Positions 24,586-32,771 of a DNA stretch of 64,000 nucleotides are shown here, piece by piece. This DNA is from Paludibacteraceae bacterium (GTDB lineage: Bacteria > Bacteroidota > Bacteroidia > Bacteroidales > Paludibacteraceae). The translations under genes and the position numbers were made by a program. The DNA lies in assembly GCA_017478225.1 (NCBI GenBank), contig JAFVDX010000011.1, positions 90,953-154,952 of the forward strand, in the 5' to 3' direction. Under the pieces are notes generated by a model. It did no database searches. It was not told the origin of the DNA and saw nothing but the letters and a program-made list of their open reading frames with translations. Within the stretch, counting starts at the first letter, position 1; each line of letters starts with the position of its first letter.

Positions 24586-25601
24586 TGACTTATAAATGTA
24601 GGGTATGATTTGTTTATGCAGTCAGTATTATCCACATTATATCCTGCACAGAGCAATGCCATTGCTATTCTATGGTCATCAAAAGAAGAAAGCGTCATAT
24701 TGTGATTTACATTAAGCAGTTGATTCATAGCATCTATTCTATTGCTTTCTTTTATTGTAAGTGATTCTAAACCGGAAAATCTCATTTGTATTCCTAACTT
24801 AAAACAAGTGGCAAACACAGCAGGGTATAAGTCAGGATACGACGAGAAATCAACATGCGCAATAGCGCTTAATATATTTCCCGTACCAATTATTTTTACA
24901 CCATCGTTTTCAAAGGTTGTGTTTACTCCAAATTGTCGAAACAACTCCACCGCTGCTTTATCTGCTTGTAAAGAATCATGTTTTAATCCCTGAAGGAATA
25001 AAGTTGATTTATTTAGTACTGCATATTCATACCAAAATGCCGCAGCCGACCAGTCAGATTCGATTGATTCGGTTAGGCTTGGAGTATGTTTTAGCAGAGA
25101 TTGTGTCATAGTGATATAAGGTGATTGGCAAGTTGTTTGCACCTGTGCTCCGATAAGAAGAAGGGCTGATACGAACTGAGTGCTAAGCGGGTTGTTCAAC
25201 ACTACTTGTTTTTTGTCCAATTCTTTTCCACGAATCAATAATGGCGGAAAACCCTCTGAGCCGAGATATTGTATATCTGCTCCCATGGCCCTCAATGCGT
25301 CCACAAGTTGGTTTATGGGGCGATGATGCATACGCTCCGTTCCGTCTAACACCACTTCACACCCTTGCTTTTGTGCGAAATAAGCGGTAAGCATCCGCAT
25401 AGCGGTACCACAATTTTGCAAGTCAAGTTTGAAGGGTGTATAGCCTGCGTCTTGGACCGCAACGAGCGAGTGATACATAAGTTGCACATCGTCAGGGGTG
25501 GAGTTATCGATATGCAATAGGGACAAATCGCCTCCCTTGCTTGCATGAAGCAAGAGCAGGCGATTTGCTATGCTTTTTGATATAGGTAGTGGAATTGTCA
25601 A
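24564..25601 (-). CDS. aroA: 3-phosphoshikimate 1-carboxyvinyltransferase (compact form, 345 aa)
   Basis: LPISKSIANRLLLL, NCGTAMRMLTAY, STQFVSALLL, KESNRIDAM and DDHRIAMAL are EPSP synthase blocks. It uses a TTG start overlapping the upstream TGA. Confidence 0.8.
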   Translation of the reverse strand: MTIPLPISKSIANRLLLLHASKGGDLSLLHIDNSTPDDVQLMYHSLVAVQDAGYTPFKLDLQNCGTAMRMLTAYFAQKQGCEVVLDGTERMHHRPINQLVDALRAMGADIQYLGSEGFPPLLIRGKELDKKQVVLNNPLSTQFVSALLLIGAQVQTTCQSPYITMTQSLLKHTPSLTESIESDWSAAAFWYEYAVLNKSTLFLQGLKHDSLQADKAAVELFRQFGVNTTFENDGVKIIGTGNILSAIAHVDFSSYPDLYPAVFATCFKLGIQMRFSGLESLTIKESNRIDAMNQLLNVNHNMTLSSFDDHRIAMALLCAGYNVDNTDCINKSYPTFISQWKRLQS

Positions 25602-27664
25602 TTGAAAGTAGGTAATGGAGAATAATTATGTGAGTAGCGCAAATGCTGCTCGGCGTAACCTTCTGTAAAGTCTATTTTGATGTCAGTTATATTACCTTGT
25701 TTGTCAGTAATAGGAGTATAGACAGGATTCAAGAAACCTTTATATGGTGCGAGGTTTAGTTTCTCATAGCGAGCAAGCATTTCTTTATGCAGATTATAGT
25801 CTATCTTCACTGCATATTTCTCTACCAACTCTTTTGCCATTTGATAGTCGCCTGTAGATGTAATTTGTTGTATGATTGCGAGCAACTGTCCATAGAGTTG
25901 GCGCAGACCTTCGTAATCATTCACACGAATAAAATGTTTAAGACATGCAGGTGAATCTTGTTGTGTTTTATCCACAGGCACGGGGACTTCAATTATCTCC
26001 ACTTCAGGATTTTCTTTGTTGGTATGGTCAAGTACCCAATTGGCAATGAGTTGTCTGTTACGCATGTGCGCTTCTTCTAAATCTTTGCCGAGTTCTATTC
26101 TGACTAATTGAGTGAGTGCACCATTCATCATTTGTCTGTAGTATTCAGCCTTATAGGCATCTTTATTAGGCATTATGCCCAATTCCACCATTTTAGGGTC
26201 GGCAATATAATAAAGTCCGAACAAGTCAGCACGGGCTTCTTCAATAGTGGATCCATGCTCTTTGAGATCGTCTTTAGTAACTCCGCTGAGCAATTTGCCG
26301 GAGCCATGTCCCAAACATTCATGCAAGTCGGTATGACAATTGTCGGTTATGCTACCATACTTACGAGCCATTTCTACCTCTTCGGCAGACAACATAAACT
26401 CTTCAGCAAAACCATTTCCTTGAGCAGCCTTATCGTATGCATCAGTTATATTTTGAATAGTAACTGATTTGGAGCCATATTCTTTACGAATCCAGTTGGC
26501 ATTAGGCAGGTTGATGCCTATTGGAGTTGAGGGGTAGCAATCGCCGCCCAAGATAGCGGCATTGATCACTTTGGCTGTAACGCCCTTCACTTGCTCTTTT
26601 TTGAATGCTTTATCCGTGGGAGAATTATCCTCAAACCACTGTGCATTTTGTGCGAGTATTTCTGTGCGGCGCGTAGCCTCTAAGTTTTTGAAATTAGCCA
26701 TGGCTTCCCATGCACCTGTTATGCCGAGAGGGTCGCCATAGACTTCAGTGAAGCCATTGATAAAATCCACCCTACTCTCTATATCCTTAACCCAAGCGAT
26801 GGCATATTCATTAAAGGTTTTCAGATCGCCTGTTTGGTTGTATTCAATCAGTTTTTCTATAACGAGTCGTTGCTCGTCGTTTTCTGCCACTTCTTTTGCT
26901 TTCTCGAGCCAATAGACCACTTTTTCGAGAGCCTCACCATACAAACCGCCTACCTTATAAGTACGCTCAACCAGCTGACCGTCTTTATCTTTGACGAGTT
27001 GAGCATTAAGTCCTACCCACAACGGCTCTTCGGAAGTATCTTTATGAGTAGCATAATACTCCTCAGCCTCGGCTTGGGTTACACCCTGATAATAGTTGCA
27101 AGCAGAAGTGAGGATAAGGTCTGCCCCGGCTGCTTGATTAACTTTTTTCTTAAGCACCTCAGGATTGAACATTACATTCGATACCGCAGCAAATTGGTCC
27201 TTATAGTTGTTGCCTAAGATTTTTTTAAGCGTATCTTCGGGTTGCTGATATACAGCATCATACCACCATACTTGAGAGAATTCGGGCAAGAACTTATCCT
27301 CGTTATAGTGATGATGAATACCGTTGCTAAACCATACGCGTTTCAAGTATTTGGTCATCAGGATGTAATCCTCGTCTTCCTTGTTAGGATAATTCTCATA
27401 CACTTGCTCCAGTAAGCGGCGGATAGCAAGGTTGTAGCGACAATTTTGGTCGAAGAGTATGTCACGCCCCCAAAGAGACGCTTCAGTAAGGTAATACACC
27501 AGTTTCTTTTGCTCAAGAGTGAGTTGGTCGAAGTCAGGGACATCAAAGCGCAAGACTTCTAAATCATAGAATCTTTCCACATTATAATTGATTTCTTGTT
27601 TAGTTTGTTTTTGGCAGCCGAGCAGACACAATGCTCCTACTGCAAGCAACATAAGTTTTTTCAT
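25598..27664 (-). CDS. M49 family dipeptidyl-peptidase III-like metallopeptidase, lipoprotein
   Basis: HECLGHGSG (HExxGH) motif and a size of about 690 aa. Lipobox LLGC. Confidence 0.8.
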   Translation of the reverse strand: MKKLMLLAVGALCLLGCQKQTKQEINYNVERFYDLEVLRFDVPDFDQLTLEQKKLVYYLTEASLWGRDILFDQNCRYNLAIRRLLEQVYENYPNKEDEDYILMTKYLKRVWFSNGIHHHYNEDKFLPEFSQVWWYDAVYQQPEDTLKKILGNNYKDQFAAVSNVMFNPEVLKKKVNQAAGADLILTSACNYYQGVTQAEAEEYYATHKDTSEEPLWVGLNAQLVKDKDGQLVERTYKVGGLYGEALEKVVYWLEKAKEVAENDEQRLVIEKLIEYNQTGDLKTFNEYAIAWVKDIESRVDFINGFTEVYGDPLGITGAWEAMANFKNLEATRRTEILAQNAQWFEDNSPTDKAFKKEQVKGVTAKVINAAILGGDCYPSTPIGINLPNANWIRKEYGSKSVTIQNITDAYDKAAQGNGFAEEFMLSAEEVEMARKYGSITDNCHTDLHECLGHGSGKLLSGVTKDDLKEHGSTIEEARADLFGLYYIADPKMVELGIMPNKDAYKAEYYRQMMNGALTQLVRIELGKDLEEAHMRNRQLIANWVLDHTNKENPEVEIIEVPVPVDKTQQDSPACLKHFIRVNDYEGLRQLYGQLLAIIQQITSTGDYQMAKELVEKYAVKIDYNLHKEMLARYEKLNLAPYKGFLNPVYTPITDKQGNITDIKIDFTEGYAEQHLRYSHNYSPLPTFN

Positions 27665-27675
27665 ATCAATACAAA

Positions 27676-28518
27676 TTAACTGTTTCTGTATGTTTTAGGT
27701 GTTACTCCTACATGTGCTTTGAAGAAGCGATTGAAGAAAGCCACATTATCAAATCCGAGCGACATAGCGATTTCTTTTACTTGCATATTGGTTATCTTCA
27801 GTTGTGATTTGGCAGCAGTTAGTATGGCCTCATTAATTAAGTCACCGGCTGTTTTGCCACTCACTTGTTTTATTGTGCTGCACAAGTGCGGCAGTGTAAG
27901 TCTCATCTCGTCGGCATATTGCGCCACATGGTGCCACTCGTGATAATGAGCCATAACCATTTTGCTATAGAGATAATAGATTTCCATTTTGCGGTCTTGC
28001 GGACGAATCACATTATCATGTTTACGCAGATATTCCATATATGTGATTTGCAGCAAATTGAACACTTGTACCATTTTTTCGGTATTAAGCACCGTTGGGT
28101 CACAATTCATACCGTCAATAAGCACTTCCACAAGTTTTCTGTGCACCTTAGCCACATCATCTTTCAAATGAACGACAGGATTATGCCTACCGATAGTCTC
28201 AAATGAAATGCGTGTATTGAATGTATTTTTTTCGAGGAAAGCAGATGAGAAGAGTACATAATAGACTAATGCATCTTCAGAAAATTCGTGTATAAGCAAA
28301 AAACTGCCCGGCTCAATGTAAAGCCAATCGTTTTCACTAAATTCAGTTTCGTTGATATTGACTGTAGCGCGTGCCCTACCACGCACCATAAGAGCAAAGG
28401 TTCCACACATAATCTTACAAGGGAAACGGCCATACTCATTCATCAATTTACCACTTGCATCGCCCACCATATAGTCCACAGGACAATCAAGCAAAGGTAT
28501 TTCTTTTTGTTCATCCAT
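27676..28518 (-). CDS. AraC family transcriptional regulator
   Basis: The C-terminal double HTH (…IAMSLGFDNVAFFNRFFKAHVGVTPKTYR) is typical of AraC/XylS. Confidence 0.8.
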   Translation of the reverse strand: MDEQKEIPLLDCPVDYMVGDASGKLMNEYGRFPCKIMCGTFALMVRGRARATVNINETEFSENDWLYIEPGSFLLIHEFSEDALVYYVLFSSAFLEKNTFNTRISFETIGRHNPVVHLKDDVAKVHRKLVEVLIDGMNCDPTVLNTEKMVQVFNLLQITYMEYLRKHDNVIRPQDRKMEIYYLYSKMVMAHYHEWHHVAQYADEMRLTLPHLCSTIKQVSGKTAGDLINEAILTAAKSQLKITNMQVKEIAMSLGFDNVAFFNRFFKAHVGVTPKTYRNS

Positions 28519-28653
28519 AATACAAAAAAGAATTATCGGTTATTTTTATTATTCGTATAGGCCCAAACACCTACACTTCACATACAACACTACGCTTTAA
28601 CATCAAGTGCGGTGCAAAGGTATTAAGAATTTCTTAATTATACAAGTGATATT

Positions 28654-28688
28654 AAAAAAAGTACTCCTTTGAACCACAAAAGAGTACT
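28654..28688 (-). terminator. Rho-independent terminator of the PotD-like gene
   Basis: GTACTC/GAGTAC hairpin, followed on the minus strand by TTTTTTT. Confidence 0.5.
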
Positions 28689-28718
28689 TATTATTAAAAA
28701 AATCTTAAAAATATACAA

Positions 28719-30026
28719 TTATCGTCTGCGTTTAGATGGTCTGCGACTTTCGTTTCTGCGGCGAGCAAAAATGGTGAATATAAGATAAATTAGCAACAGG
28801 GCTACTATTATAACCACTATAATTATCATACTTGTGGAGAGGTTGTCGCCTTTAACTCGGTTCCACATAGCAATCAACGACTCAGCCTGGCTACCGGCAT
28901 CATGCATAAGAGCGCAGCGATTGATAACTGATTGATCGGGATAAAAGACTTGATTGGCATGAACCGCCTCAGCACCTTCACCGAAGAAATAAGTTAAGTC
29001 CGCTGTATCTTCGATTTCGTCGTCGTCAGCCCATTCGAGTACTTCAGGCGAAGCAATACAGGACACATAACCGATGTATTCCATATTTTTAATTGCATTC
29101 TGAGGAATACACATATAGTTTATCCACCAAGTTGCGGCTTTGGTGTTGACAGCATATTTAGGAATGCACCAGCCATCAAACCATACATTACTACCTTCTT
29201 TTGGCACTATATAGTCCAAGTTGATACCTACTTCGGCAGCCTCTTCAATTGCCCATTGTGCATCACCGGACCAACTTACATTCATCCATGCTTTACCTTT
29301 GGTCATTTCTTCTTTACCGAAGTCCACTTCCCATCCGGCAACATTCTCCTTAGCACGAAGCAAGATATGTTCTACAGAGTCCAAGCGCTCTTGAGTTATT
29401 TGACCAACCAATTCGTCTCGGGTAACTTTGCCGTCCAATATATCTTGATAATAAGCATACAGCACTATAACGGAATATATATCACGGAAAGCGTCTTTCA
29501 TATAGATTTTGTCCTCATACTTAGGGTCAAGTATGGCGCCCCAACTGCTAAGTTCTTCTTTGCTTACAAATGTAGGATTAAACAAAAAGCCTGTTGTACC
29601 CCACATATAGCCTACTGTATAATCGCTAACCTGCACTTTTTGAGACATCTGTTGAAACTTATCAACTACAAAAGGTGCAACATGATGAAAATTGCTAAGT
29701 GAGTCTGGGATAAGCGTTTTGTCAAGAGGCAAAAGAAGACCTTGCTTAAGCATACGCTCAATGATATATTCCGACGGACATATCACATCGTAATCCTCAT
29801 GACCTACCTCAATCTGAGTAAGCATTGACTCGTTGATGTCGAAAGTCTGATAAATTACCTCAACATCTTCGCCCGTCATCTGTTTGTACCATGCAGGGAA
29901 CCCATTGAGCACATCCTCATCAATGTAGTCTGCCCAGTTATACACTTTGAGAGTGTGAGCGCGGTCTGCCGCGAAACTACCCATGGCAAATAACACCATG
30001 AGCAGGAAAGAAGAAATTCTTTTCAT
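28719..30026 (-). CDS. Spermidine/putrescine-type ABC substrate-binding protein (PotD/PotF family) with C-terminal TM anchor
   Basis: LKVYNWADYIDEDVL...DVICPSEYIIERM is typical PotD. The C-terminus is IIIVVIIVALLLIYLIFTIFARRRNESRRPSKRRR. Confidence 0.75.
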   Translation of the reverse strand: MKRISSFLLMVLFAMGSFAADRAHTLKVYNWADYIDEDVLNGFPAWYKQMTGEDVEVIYQTFDINESMLTQIEVGHEDYDVICPSEYIIERMLKQGLLLPLDKTLIPDSLSNFHHVAPFVVDKFQQMSQKVQVSDYTVGYMWGTTGFLFNPTFVSKEELSSWGAILDPKYEDKIYMKDAFRDIYSVIVLYAYYQDILDGKVTRDELVGQITQERLDSVEHILLRAKENVAGWEVDFGKEEMTKGKAWMNVSWSGDAQWAIEEAAEVGINLDYIVPKEGSNVWFDGWCIPKYAVNTKAATWWINYMCIPQNAIKNMEYIGYVSCIASPEVLEWADDDEIEDTADLTYFFGEGAEAVHANQVFYPDQSVINRCALMHDAGSQAESLIAMWNRVKGDNLSTSMIIIVVIIVALLLIYLIFTIFARRRNESRRPSKRRR

Positions 30027-30091
30027 TTTCTTAAAATAACAAATTAATAAGTTAGATATTATAAGTTATCAAAGGCTCTCAAAAGCCGGTG

Positions 30092-30099
30092 CAAAGTTA
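30092..30099 (-). promoter_or_regulatory. -7 box TAACTTTG for the PotD-like gene
   Basis: Plus-strand CAAAGTTA is the reverse complement of TAnnTTTG. Confidence 0.4.
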
Positions 30100-30233
30100 C
30101 TATTATTTTATTATTTGCACAACAAGTTACTAACACTATATCTTACGTTGTTTAATGGTCCTTTATAGCAACTGCAAAATTTACATAGATAAGTATGTAT
30201 CAAAAACATTTTTGACAGATAAAAGTAAATTCA

Positions 30234-30241
30234 TAATTTTG
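30234..30241 (+). promoter_or_regulatory. -7 box TAATTTTG for the regulator gene
   Basis: Matches TAnnTTTG, 33 nt upstream of the ATG. Confidence 0.4.
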
Positions 30242-30273
30242 CGCAATATAAACCTATCCATTAAACTATCGAT

Positions 30274-31884
30274 ATGAAAAAGAATGTATTAATAATATTA
30301 TTGCTTTTGCCGTCGATATTTGTCAAGGCAGATTTGTTAGATGAATTGGATGTGTATATAGGGCGACATAACTCTATGGTTGCCAACTATCAAGATAGTC
30401 TGAGTGCTTTATCCAAAAAGAACACCTACAAGAGCAACAAAGCGATGTACGAAGCCTATTCAGCGTTTAAGTATGATAGTGCTTACTACTATGCAGACCG
30501 AAACATCCGACTCATAAATGCTTCACCGCAGCAATACAGACCCACCGACATCATTGATGCCCAATTGGATATGGTTCATATTTTGTCGGTAGCAGGTCTG
30601 TTTTCCGAAGCCGAGTATATGTTGCAAGAACTGACAAGCATTCTCGAAAATATCAACTTAACGAAAGATGTAGATGATGATAGTACTATCATTGACCTGA
30701 AAATCAAGTTCTACACCTATGCGGGTGACTTATATCTATATAAATCAGAATACTCCGATAGGCATTATTTCGACGAATACAATAGCAAATCGCTTGCCTA
30801 CCGACAAAAAATCATAGATACCGCCCCAAAAGGGAGTTACGATTATCAATTTGCCCTTGCTATTATAGAAGATGAAGCAGATAATCACGACACTGCGATT
30901 CAATTGCTTGAACAACTATTAGAAACACTAACGCAAGGCGACAGAAAATACTCAGTGGTAAGCGGCACACTGGCATATTTCTATTCCTTCAAGCAAGATA
31001 TAGAAAAGCAAAAACACTATTTTGCTTTATCTGCAATTAGCGATATCAAAGGTAATATATGCGAGACCAACTCGCTCAGGGCACTGGCCACACTACTCTA
31101 TCAGGAAAATCAAATAGAAAGGGCTTATAACTACCTCTATGTAAGCGTGCAAGATGCTCAATTTTATGGATCAAGACTACGAACTTTTCAAACAGGTCAA
31201 ATCACACCTCTTATAGTTAAAGCATGGCAAGATGAGCAAAAAAAAAGCAGACGCCTCTTGCAGTTGCAACTCCTGCTTGCCACATTGCTTGTACTCTTGC
31301 TAATCATATCTTTTGTTGCAGCCACTATTACCTTGAGACGGATTAGCAAGAAAAATCAAATAATCAATAAGCAAAAAGAAAATATTGAACTTATTAACCA
31401 ACAACTGAAAGAGTCGAACAAAATAAAACTTGAGTATGTATCAAGATATATGATGCTTGCCTCTAATTATATCACTGAATTTGACAAGAATCGCAAGCAA
31501 GTAAACAAACTGATGATGGAAGGTAAAAAAACAGAAGTTGAAAAGATGCTCAAAAGCCCTTCGCTTGAGCAAAGAAATGTGCAAACCTTCCACCATACTT
31601 TCGACACTGCTTTTCTGAATATCTACCCAACTTTTATTTCTGCCGTCAACCGCCTGCTCACAGCAGATAATCAAATCATTCCCAAAGAAGGAGAAAAACT
31701 CTCTACAGAACTTAGGATACTTGCGCTACTCAGATTAGGTATTTCCGACAATCAACAAATAGCAGAGATTTTGCGCTCGTCTATTACTACAATCTATACT
31801 TATCGTTCCCGCCTGCGCTCAAAAGCCGTCCAACCTGCCACATTCGAGCAAGACATAATGCTTATTGGCGCTAACTTGGAATAA
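30274..31884 (+). CDS. Membrane-spanning regulator: N-terminal signal/TPR-like sensor, one TM, coiled coil, C-terminal HTH (SusR-like / DUF6377-type architecture)
   Basis: Signal-like N-terminus and helical repeat region. TM segment LLLATLLVLLLIISFVAATITL. C-terminal HTH LSTELRILALLRLGISDNQQIAEILRSSITTIYTYRSRLRSK. It sits at the head of a starch PUL. Confidence 0.55.
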   Translation: MKKNVLIILLLLPSIFVKADLLDELDVYIGRHNSMVANYQDSLSALSKKNTYKSNKAMYEAYSAFKYDSAYYYADRNIRLINASPQQYRPTDIIDAQLDMVHILSVAGLFSEAEYMLQELTSILENINLTKDVDDDSTIIDLKIKFYTYAGDLYLYKSEYSDRHYFDEYNSKSLAYRQKIIDTAPKGSYDYQFALAIIEDEADNHDTAIQLLEQLLETLTQGDRKYSVVSGTLAYFYSFKQDIEKQKHYFALSAISDIKGNICETNSLRALATLLYQENQIERAYNYLYVSVQDAQFYGSRLRTFQTGQITPLIVKAWQDEQKKSRRLLQLQLLLATLLVLLLIISFVAATITLRRISKKNQIINKQKENIELINQQLKESNKIKLEYVSRYMMLASNYITEFDKNRKQVNKLMMEGKKTEVEKMLKSPSLEQRNVQTFHHTFDTAFLNIYPTFISAVNRLLTADNQIIPKEGEKLSTELRILALLRLGISDNQQIAEILRSSITTIYTYRSRLRSKAVQPATFEQDIMLIGANLE

Positions 31885-32046
31885 ACATAAACCATCCACA
31901 AAGGCATAAATAACTTGATTGCAACTTTGATTTTACACTTGATTGACAACCACCATATTGTTAATTGACAATATCTTAACTCTTTTATCCCCTTTGATTT
32001 TTCTTTGATTAAGATTCTACTTATTGTGCATAATAAGTAAAGCAAA

Positions 32047-32054
32047 TAATTTTG
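32047..32054 (+). promoter_or_regulatory. -7 box TAATTTTG upstream of the small acidic protein / giant protein genes
   Basis: Matches TAnnTTTG. Its position rules out the ORF-track TTG start at 32052. Confidence 0.4.
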
Positions 32055-32078
32055 CGGTGCTTAACTAAATCTCACACC

Positions 32079-32657
32079 GTGAAAAGAATTTATCTATATG
32101 TCTTTTGCTTTTTAGGTTTGTTATGTGCTACATCTCTCAATGCTCAACAAGTATTGTCTGAGCATTCATTTTTGAGCAATCAGCGTCTGCATAACGGCAA
32201 TCACACCTCAGCATGCCATGGTTTTGTTGCAATTGGTGCCACATCACCTGTAAACAATAGTGTTTCGTGGAGAGGTGCTGGAACAGCAAATTACGGCAAC
32301 AGCGGTTCAAGAAATGCCTCTATAATACAAAGTGCAGGCAATGTGAATCAGCCAATGACAGTACGTAGGGTTGACGGTTGGGAAGACGACGATGACGATG
32401 ATGACGACAACTGGACATCAACAGGCGGTCAAGGAGACGGTAATGGTAATGCAGGCGATCCTGAGAAAGACCCCGTTCCGATAGGCAATAGTTGGATAGT
32501 TTTACTTTTTGCTTTGATTTACGCACTACTCCTTTGCAGGAATGGCCGCAACTCAAGTTTTAGAAGAAAATATATTACACACAATATATTTGGAGCGTTG
32601 AGACAACGCATTTGTTTTTCATGGTTTGTTCAATCAGACGACACACTATCTGATTGA
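32079..32657 (+). CDS. Small secreted protein with Asp8 run and near-C-terminal hydrophobic segment
   Basis: GTG start gives MKRIYLYVFCFLGLLCATSLNAQQ (signal peptide). WEDDDDDDDDNW lies at 32385..32408. GDPEKDPVPIGNSWIVLLFALIYALLLCRNGRN follows. No family recognised. Confidence 0.4.
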   Translation: MKRIYLYVFCFLGLLCATSLNAQQVLSEHSFLSNQRLHNGNHTSACHGFVAIGATSPVNNSVSWRGAGTANYGNSGSRNASIIQSAGNVNQPMTVRRVDGWEDDDDDDDDNWTSTGGQGDGNGNAGDPEKDPVPIGNSWIVLLFALIYALLLCRNGRNSSFRRKYITHNIFGALRQRICFSWFVQSDDTLSD

Positions 32658-32669
32658 TAATGCAGGAAT

Positions 32670-32700
32670 GTCTGATGAGGCGAAGCGTCGCCCATCAGAC
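32670..32700 (+). other. GC-rich 13-bp-stem hairpin between the small gene and the giant gene
   Basis: GTCTGATGAGGCGA-AGCG-TCGCCCATCAGAC (one bulge). No T run follows. Confidence 0.5.
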
Positions 32701-32771
32701 ATTGCGTTTGCGTTATAACAGAAAAGCATGATTTACTCAAATATTAAAAACACATATAAATTGCTACATAT

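Noticed and set aside
32385-32408. Asp8 codon run as a slipped-strand phase-variation tract
   Set aside because: The run mixes GAC and GAT codons, so it is not a homopolymer or perfect short tandem repeat. Any slippage by a 3-nt unit would stay in frame.
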